A stretch of DNA of 43,648 nucleotides from an uncultured Spirochaetia bacterium (lineage in GTDB: Bacteria > Spirochaetota > UBA6919 > CAYUUC01): assembly GCA_964447635.1 (NCBI GenBank), contig CAYUUC010000002.1, positions 1 to 43,648 on the forward strand, given 5' to 3'. Under the pieces are notes generated by a model. That model was not told where the DNA came from. It saw only the letters and a list, made by a program, of their open reading frames with translations, and searched no databases. The position numbers and the translations under genes were made by a program. The stretch's first letter is position 1; each line of letters starts with the position of its first letter. Shown here in pieces: positions 8,329 through 18,218 of the stretch.

Positions 8329-9258
8329 ATGAAATATACAATTTTTTATTTCTCTGGTACTGGCAATACAAAAATGATTACACGAAATCTTAAGAAAGAC
8401 ATTGAACAAAATGGTTATAATGTTAATCTCTACTCAATTGAGGATTTGGATGAGTATTCAAGTATCGCTTTAAAAGATACTGTAATTGGTATTGGCTTCC
8501 CTGTTTACAAATTCACATATCCCAGAATATTAAGTAAAGTATTTCCATTGTTGAGAAAAGCTGTTGAAGAAACATCAGATACGAAACTACCGTTTTTTGT
8601 TTACTCAACTTATTGCAGATTTGCTGCTAACAGTCTTCATCTTATGGCTAAGGATGTGGAGAAGTTAGGATATTCACTCATAGCTAAGAAGAGCTTCAAG
8701 TCCCCCTCTAACGGTATCGCCTCCATGAAAAACCCGGATGGCTATGAGTATAGGACGGTTATGTACTTTGAAAACCGCATTAACCTTAGTGTTAATGAGT
8801 TCTCTAAGGTTATAGAATCAAATGCGGTCAAGTTTTATAAATATGGTTATACTGAAAAGCATCATGGAAGTCCTTTAGATAAGCTAAGGATACATATCGT
8901 GGGTAAAATAGAAAAATCAAGATATCCTAAGCTCCAAATTGACTATTCGGCTTGTATTAAATGCGGAGTATGTGTAAAGGGTTGTCCTGATGATAACCTT
9001 GTGATGGATAGAGATGTGGTTATCAAGGATGATAGAAACTGCTTGCATTGCCTCAGATGTATGCATGGATGCCCAAAGCATGCGGTGACTTTTGGTAAAT
9101 TGACCAAAGGTCCATTGCGATATTCGAAAGATATCCGTGAAAAGCTTTATGAGAAAGCTATAAACACACCCATAAACTCACCAACACCTGATAATAAATG
9201 GATTAGGATAAAATGGACATTAAATAATATTAAATATTGGTTGTTAAAGAAGAATTGA
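8329..9258 (+). CDS. EFR1-family ferredoxin: flavodoxin-like domain fused to a 2x[4Fe-4S] ferredoxin domain
   Basis: N-terminus MKYTIFYFSGTGNTK (flavodoxin-like). Two CxxCxxCxxxCP motifs (CIKCGVCVKGCP, CLHCLRCMHGCP). I prefer the ATG at 8329 (AAGGGGA RBS) over the TTG at 8296. Confidence 0.8.
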   Translation: MKYTIFYFSGTGNTKMITRNLKKDIEQNGYNVNLYSIEDLDEYSSIALKDTVIGIGFPVYKFTYPRILSKVFPLLRKAVEETSDTKLPFFVYSTYCRFAANSLHLMAKDVEKLGYSLIAKKSFKSPSNGIASMKNPDGYEYRTVMYFENRINLSVNEFSKVIESNAVKFYKYGYTEKHHGSPLDKLRIHIVGKIEKSRYPKLQIDYSACIKCGVCVKGCPDDNLVMDRDVVIKDDRNCLHCLRCMHGCPKHAVTFGKLTKGPLRYSKDIREKLYEKAINTPINSPTPDNKWIRIKWTLNNIKYWLLKKN

Positions 9259-9499
9259 TGTCTATTTAAAAATCTTTTGATAGAATTTGAATATATTATT
9301 TTAGAAATCCTTTTCTCTTTTTCACTTTTATTTAATCCCATCTATTGATATCCATTTTATTTTTATTATTATATCAAAAAAGTAGCTTAATATTTGGTTT
9401 ATGGTTTTCAAAGGAAAAAATCATTATTTTTATACAATTTACACATTTGAGAAAAGCATAAACATATTTTAAAAAGTATAAAATTTAGGAGACAAATTT

Positions 9500-10666
9500 A
9501 TGGATATAAAAATACCTTCAGACATACTGCCTGATTCTACTTTTACATGTGGTCCAAGTCAGGGCCACCCGGAAATAAGAGAAGTTAAACTAAAAGATAC
9601 GCTTTTTGAAAGAAGCCATAGAGCATCTGATATAACAAAAAACGGTATGATAAAAGAGGCTACCGAGAACCTACGGGAATTACTTCACATTCCCAAAGAC
9701 TATGTCATCATGTTCTTCCTCGGTGGAGCTACCCCTGCACTCGATTCTGTATCATGGGGATTAACCAAGGATTCGATATCAGGTTTGAGATTCGGTTCTT
9801 TCTCGAATCTATGGGGGAAAAAGATTGCGAATAATCTTGATGAAAGTATAAAAAAGACATTTTACGATGCTGAAGAAGAGGGCAAGTTCCCCAGCCAAGA
9901 CCCGGACTGGAATGCAAGCCTGGTTCTATTGACCCCTAACGAGACGTCCATGGGTTTACATACTCCTAACGACTATCTGGAGATGGCATGGAGCAAGAAA
10001 GGTAAGGATACACTAATCGCTTGGGATTGTACCTCATGTGCTGGTGGGAGAGACCTTCCCCATGATAAGTACGATGCAATGGTCTTCTCACTGCAGAAAT
10101 GCTTCGGTGTCCCAGGAGGGACTGGTGTTCTTATATTAAGTCCAAGAGCCGTTGAAAGAGCAATGGAAGTAAAGAAGACACGAAATATACCATTCTGTTT
10201 AGACCTGCAGGAGCCAATCAAAAGGGCTACCGAGAAGTATCAAACCCTTAATACTCCATCTAACACTAATATATGGGTTATGAACGAATCCTGTAAGTGG
10301 ATGCTGAAAAATGGAGGGATTAAAGGTATGGACAAACTCTCCAGACAGCATTATGACTATATGATGGACTTCATCAAAAAATCAGACTACCTTGAACCTT
10401 ATGTTAAAGATGAGCGATTCCGTTCTTATGTTACGCTGACTATAGAAATCACTGACCCGAAGATTGAAGACACTACTCTGAATGGTTTTATTATGGCATC
10501 AGGTAAGGAAAACCTAAAAGACGGCATCAAAAAGTATAGCTCTGTTAAGACTAATTCACTGAGGGTTGCATGCTTCCCATATGTTGATATTAACGGTGTT
10601 GGGGAGTATGAAAAGTTGACCAAAACCATAGATTATATTGTAAATGAGATTAGAAAACAAAAATAA
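9500..10666 (+). CDS. serC: Phosphoserine aminotransferase (class V aminotransferase fold, long SerC type)
   Basis: PLP-lysine context FSLQKCFG. About 390 aa, typical of the long SerC type. Immediately upstream of a D-3-phosphoglycerate dehydrogenase gene. AGGAG RBS. Confidence 0.75.
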   Translation: MDIKIPSDILPDSTFTCGPSQGHPEIREVKLKDTLFERSHRASDITKNGMIKEATENLRELLHIPKDYVIMFFLGGATPALDSVSWGLTKDSISGLRFGSFSNLWGKKIANNLDESIKKTFYDAEEEGKFPSQDPDWNASLVLLTPNETSMGLHTPNDYLEMAWSKKGKDTLIAWDCTSCAGGRDLPHDKYDAMVFSLQKCFGVPGGTGVLILSPRAVERAMEVKKTRNIPFCLDLQEPIKRATEKYQTLNTPSNTNIWVMNESCKWMLKNGGIKGMDKLSRQHYDYMMDFIKKSDYLEPYVKDERFRSYVTLTIEITDPKIEDTTLNGFIMASGKENLKDGIKKYSSVKTNSLRVACFPYVDINGVGEYEKLTKTIDYIVNEIRKQK

Positions 10667-10683
10667 ATTATGGAGAAGAAAAA

Positions 10684-11637
10684 ATGAAAATCTTATTAGC
10701 TGATAAATTTCCTGAAAAATACCAACAGGTGCTTAAAGATAATGGTCATGATGTTACTTTCGACCCATCACTTAAAGAAAACACACTACCAGATGCTATA
10801 AAGGATAACAATGTCCTGGTGGTTCGTAGTACAAAAGTGACAAAACAAACCATAGACTCCGCTTCAGACTTAAATCTAATCATTAGGGCTGGGGCAGGAT
10901 ACAATACCATCGATATCGATTATGCCAAGGAAAAAGGCATACCGGTCTGCAACTGTCCGGGTATGAACTCTCTTGCCGTTGCAGAACTGGCTATGGCTAT
11001 GATATTGTCCTTAGATAGAAGAATCTATCACAATGTGAGAGACCTCAGAGCTAAAAAGTGGAATAAGAAGGAATACAGCAAAGCGGATGGTATCTATGGT
11101 AAATCAATCGGGGTTATTGGACTGGGACACATCGGAAGAGAGGTAGCCAGGAGAGCTGAAGCATTCGGTATGAAATTGCTTGGTTATGACCCATTCCTGA
11201 CTGAGGAAGACTTCAAGAAGATGAATGTTAAAAAATACGATGACTTATACAAAATGGTGCAAAATGCGGATATCATAACCATACACTTGCCTGAGAATGA
11301 ACATACGAGAGGATTAGTTGATGATAAGTTCTTCTCAAATATGAAGCAGGGAGCAACCATCGTGAATACCTCTAGAGGCGGTATCGTAAAGCAGGATGCA
11401 TTGCTTAAAGCAGTCAAGGAAAAAGACATAAAAGCAGGTATCGATGTCTACGAAAACGAACCAGATGCTAATGATAATGTATTCGACGATGAGATAACCC
11501 AAGTTGAGAACATCTATGGAACACATCACATCGGTGCTTCCACCCAACAAGCACAGAATGCTGTTGCTGAGATGGCAACTGAGATTATAGAGAAGTTTGA
11601 TAAGACCGGTGAAGCAATGAATAGAGTAAATCCATAA
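10684..11637 (+). CDS. serA: D-3-phosphoglycerate dehydrogenase, short form (D-isomer 2-hydroxyacid dehydrogenase family)
   Basis: NAD-binding GVIGLGHIGREVARR, catalytic region TSRGGIV...HHIGAST. 317 aa with no ACT domain. Adjacent to serC. Confidence 0.8.
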   Translation: MKILLADKFPEKYQQVLKDNGHDVTFDPSLKENTLPDAIKDNNVLVVRSTKVTKQTIDSASDLNLIIRAGAGYNTIDIDYAKEKGIPVCNCPGMNSLAVAELAMAMILSLDRRIYHNVRDLRAKKWNKKEYSKADGIYGKSIGVIGLGHIGREVARRAEAFGMKLLGYDPFLTEEDFKKMNVKKYDDLYKMVQNADIITIHLPENEHTRGLVDDKFFSNMKQGATIVNTSRGGIVKQDALLKAVKEKDIKAGIDVYENEPDANDNVFDDEITQVENIYGTHHIGASTQQAQNAVAEMATEIIEKFDKTGEAMNRVNP

Positions 11638-11652
11638 TAGCAAAGATTGACT

Positions 11653-11685
11653 GACCGATGGTTTATTTCACATCGGTCTTTCTCT
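11653..11685 (+). terminator. Rho-independent terminator after serA
   Basis: 8-bp perfect stem GACCGATG (11653-11660) / CATCGGTC (11671-11678), 10-nt loop, followed by TTTCTCT. Confidence 0.75.
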
Positions 11686-11750
11686 ATAAAGAGTTATTAG
11701 CATAAACATAGATGATATAAAGATATACACAAATGTAAAAGGAGAAAACC

Positions 11751-12989
11751 ATGATTGATATAAAGCCATTTAAGGGATTAAGACCGAGAAAAGAGTATGC
11801 CGATAAGGTGGCATCTCCTCCTTATGATGTTATTAACTCACAAGAAGCGAGGGAGATGGCTAAGGATAATGAATACAGCTTCTTACATGTAGTCAAACCG
11901 GAGATAGACTTGCCTGAAGATATAAGCCTATATGATGATAGGGTCTACCAGAAGGGAAAAGAGAACCTTGATAAACTGGTCAATAAAGGGATCATGTTTC
12001 AAGAAGATAAACCATGCTTCTATATATATAGTCAGAAGATGGGAAACCATGTTCAATATGGATTAGTCGCCGGGGCTTCGGTTGAGGATTACGACGCTAA
12101 CCTCATCAAGAAACATGAATACACACGAAAAGTTAAGGAAGAAGACCGAACCAAGCATGTTAAAACCTTGAATGCTAATACTGGACCGGTATTCCTTACT
12201 TATAAGGATAATAAGGTAATTGACAATGTGGTTAATGAAATCATCAAAGGTACTCCTGAGTATGAGTTCACTTCACCTGATAGCATTAAGCATACTTTAT
12301 GGGTGGTGAGTGATGATGAAAAGATAAGACTCATCCAAGATGAGTTTAAGAAGATGGAAGCATTATATGTGGCTGATGGACACCATCGATCCGCTTCTGC
12401 TTCCAATGTGGCAAAGAAAAGGAAAGAAGCCAATCCTAACCATACAGGTGATGAAGAGTATAACTACTTCCTATCTGTCATCTTTCCCGCAAGTCAAATG
12501 TATATTATGGACTATAACAGGGTGATTAAAGACTTGAACAACAATTCAGAACAGAACTTTATCAATAAGCTAAAGCTGGACTTCGAGGTAGATAAAACCG
12601 GAGTAAAAAAGCCCAACCAGAAGCATGAATTTGGAATGTATCTCGGGAATAAGTGGTATACACTACATGCTAAAGACGGTTCTTTCGATGAGAATGACCC
12701 AGTTAAAAGACTCGATGTTAGCATACTTCAGGAGAATGTGCTAACCAAGCTTCTAAACATAACAGACCCCCGTACAGATAAGCGTATAGAATTTGTAGGC
12801 GGTATTAGGGGAGTCGCAGAGTTGGAAAAGCGTGTAGACAGTGGTGAATATGTCTTGGCATTCTCCATGTTCCCTACTTCTATCACAGAGTTGATGGATG
12901 TTGCTGATAGTGGAAATGTTATGCCGCCGAAGTCCACATGGTTTGAACCTAAGTTGAGGAGCGGTCTCATCGTTCATCAGTTAGATTAA
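11751..12989 (+). CDS. DUF1015 family protein
   Basis: Characteristic N-terminus MIDIKPFKGLRPR...ASPPYDV and the internal ADGHHR motif. About 410 aa, typical for the family. Confidence 0.8.
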   Translation: MIDIKPFKGLRPRKEYADKVASPPYDVINSQEAREMAKDNEYSFLHVVKPEIDLPEDISLYDDRVYQKGKENLDKLVNKGIMFQEDKPCFYIYSQKMGNHVQYGLVAGASVEDYDANLIKKHEYTRKVKEEDRTKHVKTLNANTGPVFLTYKDNKVIDNVVNEIIKGTPEYEFTSPDSIKHTLWVVSDDEKIRLIQDEFKKMEALYVADGHHRSASASNVAKKRKEANPNHTGDEEYNYFLSVIFPASQMYIMDYNRVIKDLNNNSEQNFINKLKLDFEVDKTGVKKPNQKHEFGMYLGNKWYTLHAKDGSFDENDPVKRLDVSILQENVLTKLLNITDPRTDKRIEFVGGIRGVAELEKRVDSGEYVLAFSMFPTSITELMDVADSGNVMPPKSTWFEPKLRSGLIVHQLD

Positions 12990-12996
12990 TCGATGG

Positions 12997-13260
12997 TTAC
13001 ACTTTCCAATAAGCAGAGCAGTCCCGCTCCCTCTTCAAATGACCTTTCATGATTAGTTCTCTTCTCAGAAGACATGTATCATTAAAAGTATGGTACTTAT
13101 TAATAATTGAATCTACTTCTTTCTGGGTATATATCTTATTTTTCTGAAATTGTTCTGATAGGTAATCCAGCACGATTAGCTTTTTGCTATATTTTGAAGG
13201 CCATCTTATAACCTGCTCTTTACTATTAAGATGGGTTTTTATCTTGCTAAGGTTTGGCAT
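12997..13260 (-). CDS. DUF2087 domain-containing small protein
   Basis: 87 aa containing YTQKEVDSIINKYHTFNDTCLLRRELIMKGHLKRE, the DUF2087 pattern usually found at the C-terminus of ArsR-like proteins. Confidence 0.65.
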   Translation of the reverse strand: MPNLSKIKTHLNSKEQVIRWPSKYSKKLIVLDYLSEQFQKNKIYTQKEVDSIINKYHTFNDTCLLRRELIMKGHLKRERDCSAYWKV

Positions 13261-13412
13261 ATCATTTTCTCCTTAAAACCAAATGTTTAACTAAATTAGA
13301 CGATAGGAAAAATGTTAATTACCATTTTATAAAGAATATTTTACGATTAACTAAAATTATCTAAAATTATTGATTATCTTTTTATGATATATAATAAGAT
13401 TGGAGGGTCTAT

Positions 13413-15146
13413 TTGAAATTTAAACTAAAGTCATGTCTTATCATCGTAATAATAGCTGTATTATTCTTATCATTATTCTCTTGTAGACAGTTTAAGACAG
13501 TGGATATAAAGGATATTGTACAAATTGGGATAGAAGAGGATACCAGTAAAATCCGTCTGGAGAATGTATTCCCAATGTTAGATCCATTCCATAAAGTTTA
13601 TGAACCGAGAGTTGATCTGGAATTTCCGGAAGGGGAAACTTCTATGGATATCTCCGAGGTAGAGGATGAGGATATCGTAGCTATATATTACCCATTAGTC
13701 AGCAAGCAGGAAAAGAATGAATTCTATCGAAACAGATATGGTTCAGGAAGGGCGTTAAACATCAAGATTTTCGTGAGACAGAGCAATTTCGATAAAAGAC
13801 TTATCAGAAACGATTATTGGTACCCATATTACAATGGTGTAACCATAGAGGGAACGATTGAAGAGTTGCCTGAATTGGTTTTGAATGATTATAAATACTG
13901 GGAAAATAACCCCAATATCGATTTGCCACCATTCATTATTGATGATAACCCGATTCTAATCAATGCTGAAAGGGTTATACCTAATCGTGTGGATAGCTAT
14001 GATATAAAAGTTGGAGCAATCATAGAGAAAAAAGACTATATCTATCCAAATGATGTAGAGAAGGGTTTAAGACAAGCTCTGGAATATACTCTGGAAGAAG
14101 CTAAAGGTATATTTGATACGGAAAGGGATATGAAAATCATAATCAAAAAAGTAGACGATACCGAAGAGGCAAAAACCGCATTGAAACAATTGTATACTGA
14201 AAATGATGCTATCTTCGCAACCGCCTTTACCAGCAATGAGACAGCTAAACAGTTGCTTCCCATCGCTGAATCACATAAAAAGCTTTTGTTTATCGATACG
14301 GCTTATGATGATGAGATTACCGGTACTCTCTGGAATAAGTATATATTCAAGGTATCACCAAATATCTACCAACGAGCTATGTCAATCGTTCACTCCATTG
14401 AAGAGGAGACGGTAAGAGCAATCGTTGTAACACAGGATAATCCGAATGGAAGGATAGCATATCGGGCTATTGAAGAGATGATAGAAGAGAAAGAGTATAG
14501 CATCGTCGAACACTATACAATTAACAGCGGGGATGAGATTGATTATCCTTTTGCCGAACTGAATGATATTCATAAGTTAGGAGCAACTCATATAATTGTA
14601 TTTTGGGATATAATGGAATACCCACCACAGGAGGCGATAAGATACTCACCTGTTAATGTATTATTGAGTGAGGAATGGGAAGAACAGATGCAAGACCTAC
14701 AATTAGTCTTTGAGATACCTCCTACCGAGGTTCTATCCTCAATAGAGGGTGCATCTGGCTCTAGAGGAAGCACCTATTACCACTATCAGCTTGCTGATAC
14801 ACATTTAAACGACTTCATGAAGGAAAAGGTGCGGGAAGATGAAAGCATTAATCACCCTACTACAGGCATGTGTCAGGGCTTCACTTCCGGATACATTGCT
14901 CTTAGTCTAATAGGCAGGTCTAGTGGGAACTTCGATATTATAAATCTGATAGAGCTTTTAGAGGATAGAGAATACATAACCCCAAAAGGTTTTATAAAGT
15001 TCAGAGAGATTGACCATGTGAGTCTACAATTTATGTTCCCTGCTAAGATTATAGATAGTGAAGAACCAATAGGTTATGATATGGAAGTAATAGGAAGGGG
15101 AATGCTGAGACATGCTGATACAGAACCTCCTATTATAAAGTATTAA
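13413..15146 (+). CDS. Lipoprotein with a type-1 periplasmic-binding-fold (LivK/Peripla_BP_6-like) domain and a ~190-aa N-terminal extension
   Basis: TTG start 5 nt after GGAGGG. Signal peptide with lipobox LFSC. The central and C-terminal region (FATAFTSNETAKQLLPIAESHKKLLFIDTAY...YIFKVSPN) resembles branched-chain amino acid binding proteins. Confidence 0.65.
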   Translation: MKFKLKSCLIIVIIAVLFLSLFSCRQFKTVDIKDIVQIGIEEDTSKIRLENVFPMLDPFHKVYEPRVDLEFPEGETSMDISEVEDEDIVAIYYPLVSKQEKNEFYRNRYGSGRALNIKIFVRQSNFDKRLIRNDYWYPYYNGVTIEGTIEELPELVLNDYKYWENNPNIDLPPFIIDDNPILINAERVIPNRVDSYDIKVGAIIEKKDYIYPNDVEKGLRQALEYTLEEAKGIFDTERDMKIIIKKVDDTEEAKTALKQLYTENDAIFATAFTSNETAKQLLPIAESHKKLLFIDTAYDDEITGTLWNKYIFKVSPNIYQRAMSIVHSIEEETVRAIVVTQDNPNGRIAYRAIEEMIEEKEYSIVEHYTINSGDEIDYPFAELNDIHKLGATHIIVFWDIMEYPPQEAIRYSPVNVLLSEEWEEQMQDLQLVFEIPPTEVLSSIEGASGSRGSTYYHYQLADTHLNDFMKEKVREDESINHPTTGMCQGFTSGYIALSLIGRSSGNFDIINLIELLEDREYITPKGFIKFREIDHVSLQFMFPAKIIDSEEPIGYDMEVIGRGMLRHADTEPPIIKY

Positions 15147-15183
15147 CTTAAAGAGTCATTTATCAATTGATTAATTGTTAATT

Positions 15184-15759
15184 CTATTCTGAGTTTATTC
15201 GTTTAGCCATTATAATATCAGGTTTCCCTATTCCGTTAGCATCCGGAACCACACCAACAATAGAATATCCTAACTTCATGTAGAATTCATAAGGATGTCT
15301 TTTTAGATTTTTAATTGATTGAACATGTTTCCATACATCAGGATATAGGTTTTTGCCGGATAGACTGGTCATAAAATCTTCATCATCTGTTCCTAATAGT
15401 ATTGTATATGCTCCTTTTGTCTTTACGATTTCCTCAAAGTCCATGACTAATTTTTTTCCTATTCCATGGTTTTGATATTCTTTTTTAACCACCAGAGGGT
15501 GTAATTCCCAAACATTACCATTATATTGGGGTATTCCACCAATCCATCCTAAAATTTCTTCTTTATTATTGATAGCTATTCTATTGATTTTATCTTCTGT
15601 TAATGATTCGTTTACTTCTTTTAAAGCAGATTCCATATCAGTCCATGCTTCTTTCCAATGTTCTTTAAATCCTTCATATAATATCTTAGCGGATTGTTTA
15701 ATATAATTTGGTTGGTCCTTGTTAAGATTTATTATTGTAGAATCACTTCCTAACTCCAT
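15184..15759 (-). CDS. GNAT family N-acetyltransferase (AAC(6')-like subgroup)
   Basis: Acetyl-CoA motif A region LHPLVVKKEYQNHGIGKKLV. About 190 aa. AAGGAG RBS. Confidence 0.8.
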   Translation of the reverse strand: MELGSDSTIINLNKDQPNYIKQSAKILYEGFKEHWKEAWTDMESALKEVNESLTEDKINRIAINNKEEILGWIGGIPQYNGNVWELHPLVVKKEYQNHGIGKKLVMDFEEIVKTKGAYTILLGTDDEDFMTSLSGKNLYPDVWKHVQSIKNLKRHPYEFYMKLGYSIVGVVPDANGIGKPDIIMAKRINSE

Positions 15760-15775
15760 TATATTACTCCTTATT

Positions 15776-16783
15776 TTACAAAGGCCAATAGATACGGGTT
15801 AGAGGTATGATGAACTTGGTTTGTGAGTCTAATTCTTCATAGTGCTGGGTTAATAAATTTACCATTTGTTCTAAATCGATGAATTTAATATTATTCTTCT
15901 CTGCTTCTTTCAGTATTTCATCTGTATACCTTCCGAAAACAGTGATTAATCCCTTGTTTTCATTTTCTATATGTGGTTCTAATTTAGATATATCTTCTAA
16001 TCTGATTGGCTTATCCTCAGGTATTATTTTAACTATAGTGATTTTATCGTTAAAACCAAAACCATCCTTGCTGGCTTCAAGGTCATAGTCTCTATTCTGA
16101 TATGGTAAGAAGTATTTAATCTGATATCCCATAGCTTTTAATATCCCAGCAGTTAAATCTTTTAAGTCTTTATGAGATAGATGCAGGACTTTATCTTTGA
16201 TGAACTCTGTAGCATTGGCGATGATATCATTCTTTATCTGATTAAGTTCGGTACTGTTATCCAGCTCTTCTACAACCTCTACATAATCATCTATGGTCTT
16301 TCCATCATTATCCAGTATGTATAGTATTTCTTCTTTCTGTTCCTCAGGTATCTCGAACATGGTCATAATGACACCAAGTGAGTTTTTAGTTGTAGTTGTA
16401 AGCATATCTCTTGGTATTAATTTCAACCATTTTATCTGTCTGGTATGTGGATAATCCGGGATTAGATTCTCATTGTATTTATAATCGCCAATAATTTCTC
16501 CAACCAGATAATTTCTATGAGTGGGGTCATAGGTGATTATATAGTCATTGATATTCATAACGGATTTGAATCTATACAATTGCCCAGCCATTATGCTTAT
16601 TTGTATTAGCGAATATTGTGGGTAAAACTGTTTAGCTATGATTTTTATATCGTCAATATTAGAATATTCGGTAAGGTTCTGTTTTACACCATAACCAATA
16701 GCTATTACCTTCTTGTTGTGGTATTCATCAAAAAGATAACCATCAGACCCTGCTCTAACCATCCACATATTGTTATTTTTCAT
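15776..16783 (-). CDS. Mrr-like restriction endonuclease (Mrr_N plus Mrr_cat architecture)
   Basis: N-terminus MWMVRAGSDGYLFDEY...IAIGY is the typical Mrr N-domain. The C-terminal LTAGILKAMGYQI...DYDLEA...ITIVKI...KGLITVFGRYTDE aligns to Mrr_cat. The true start may be the internal MWMVRAG Met. Confidence 0.75.
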   Translation of the reverse strand: MKNNNMWMVRAGSDGYLFDEYHNKKVIAIGYGVKQNLTEYSNIDDIKIIAKQFYPQYSLIQISIMAGQLYRFKSVMNINDYIITYDPTHRNYLVGEIIGDYKYNENLIPDYPHTRQIKWLKLIPRDMLTTTTKNSLGVIMTMFEIPEEQKEEILYILDNDGKTIDDYVEVVEELDNSTELNQIKNDIIANATEFIKDKVLHLSHKDLKDLTAGILKAMGYQIKYFLPYQNRDYDLEASKDGFGFNDKITIVKIIPEDKPIRLEDISKLEPHIENENKGLITVFGRYTDEILKEAEKNNIKFIDLEQMVNLLTQHYEELDSQTKFIIPLTRIYWPL

Positions 16784-16894
16784 TGTAAAACCCGATTTTA
16801 AAGATTTTATTAATCCATAATAATAAAATGGAGAAAATAATCAATAGCATTATAATGATTACATATAATAATTATGTTGGTTGATAATGGTATA

Positions 16895-17515
16895 TTAGGT
16901 CAGATTTGAATAATCAATTTCTTCTTTGCCAAATCCGATAATGTATGTCTCTTTGCTTTCTTTACGGGATGATTTTGGCTTATAGACCTTGTGTTTGGAG
17001 AAGGATGCTTTCACCGTATCCAAGAAAGCTTTAAAGTCTTCCCCCATGAATATTTTAACGATGAAATCCCCCCCATTTTTCAGGAAAGCATCTGCTACTT
17101 TTAGAGCCTGAATACAAAGTTCATATGATTTATAAGCATCAACATCTTTCTGACCGGTGGTATTGGGTGCCATATCGCTCATCACCAGGTCGAACTTCTC
17201 GGGTAGGAATTCACTTTGTTTTATGTTGGTTTTCATAGCATCGAAGTCGAAGATATCACCTTGCATTAATATTACATTAGAAGGGAATGACTGATTAACT
17301 TTATTAAGGTCAATACCAAAAACCGAACCCTTTTTACCCACTTTTTTTATAGCATATTCAATCCAGGAACCGGGTGCACATCCCAGGTCTATTATTGACA
17401 TACCGTTTTTAATGATTTTATACTTTTTATCCATTTCTTCCAATTTATATATGCTTCTAGCGGCATGGTTTTCTTTTTTTGCTTTTTTGAAATAGAAGTC
17501 ATGTAGTTTCTTCAT
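16895..17515 (-). CDS. rlmE: 23S rRNA (uridine2552-2'-O)-methyltransferase RlmE/FtsJ
   Basis: RSIYKLEEMDKKYKI, DLGCAPGSW and SDMAPN motifs. About 206 aa. Confidence 0.9.
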   Translation of the reverse strand: MKKLHDFYFKKAKKENHAARSIYKLEEMDKKYKIIKNGMSIIDLGCAPGSWIEYAIKKVGKKGSVFGIDLNKVNQSFPSNVILMQGDIFDFDAMKTNIKQSEFLPEKFDLVMSDMAPNTTGQKDVDAYKSYELCIQALKVADAFLKNGGDFIVKIFMGEDFKAFLDTVKASFSKHKVYKPKSSRKESKETYIIGFGKEEIDYSNLT

Positions 17516-17546
17516 GGTTGAATAATTCCTTGTTTATGAGTAGTAT

Positions 17547-18212
17547 TTATTTCTTATTTTTCAGTATTTCAATTTGTCTTTTAATTTCGGAAGCTCTTTC
17601 ATAGTCCTCTTCGCGGATAGCTTTTTCTAATGCTTTATTTAAGATTTCGATTGATGGTGTAGAATCGCTATCGAGGATGAATTTTTCGATATCTTTTTTA
17701 TTAATCTCAGGGTGAAATTCCATGATGATATCATAAAATTCTTTATAATTCTTTTCCAGGAATATAAGGAACTTAGCGAATAGTGAATAGGATAGTAATA
17801 TAGTTTTGAGTAAATTTTTTGAAAGATTGTTTAATTCACTAAAATCCGATATTATATTATCATTAATTTTAAGTTTTATAATATCTTCTATCTTTTTAAT
17901 ATCTTTAATCGATGAGAATTTGATTATATCCAGTAATTTGAATACATTCCCATTTATCTCTGTAAATGTAGGCATTTTAAACAATATGGATTTCCTATCT
18001 AAACCTGCTTTATCCGGTATCCTGCTATATGTAATTTTCATAGATATATTGGCGTATTTTAGCTTTAATTGCTGGTGGTTTTCCGAACGGGTATAAGTAG
18101 CATAATATTTATTAAATAGACCTTTCCATAAAAGTATTGAGCTTTCATAATCATAATGTATTTTACAAGTATTTTTATATTTATGTGCTAGTTTTTGAAT
18201 TTTTGCATACAT
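17547..18212 (-). CDS. Hypothetical protein with a C-terminal UVR (UvrB/UvrC-type) motif
   Basis: No recognisable N-terminal domain. The C-terminus EDYERASEIKRQIEILK matches the UVR helical hairpin motif. Confidence 0.55.
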   Translation of the reverse strand: MYAKIQKLAHKYKNTCKIHYDYESSILLWKGLFNKYYATYTRSENHQQLKLKYANISMKITYSRIPDKAGLDRKSILFKMPTFTEINGNVFKLLDIIKFSSIKDIKKIEDIIKLKINDNIISDFSELNNLSKNLLKTILLSYSLFAKFLIFLEKNYKEFYDIIMEFHPEINKKDIEKFILDSDSTPSIEILNKALEKAIREEDYERASEIKRQIEILKNKK

Positions 18213-18218
18213 AGTTTT

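Noticed and set aside
12340-12977. Several 60-80-aa ORFs on both strands inside the DUF1015 gene. Similar short ORFs occur inside other long CDSs throughout the track.
   Set aside because: All are nested in or antisense to CDSs with clear family motifs, and they lack RBSs and recognisable domains.
13351-13370. Perfect tandem duplication CTAAAATTAT x2 upstream of the LivK-like lipoprotein gene.
   Set aside because: Only two 10-bp units in AT-rich promoter DNA. It is too short to distinguish from chance or slippage, and there is no palindromy or recurrence elsewhere in the window.
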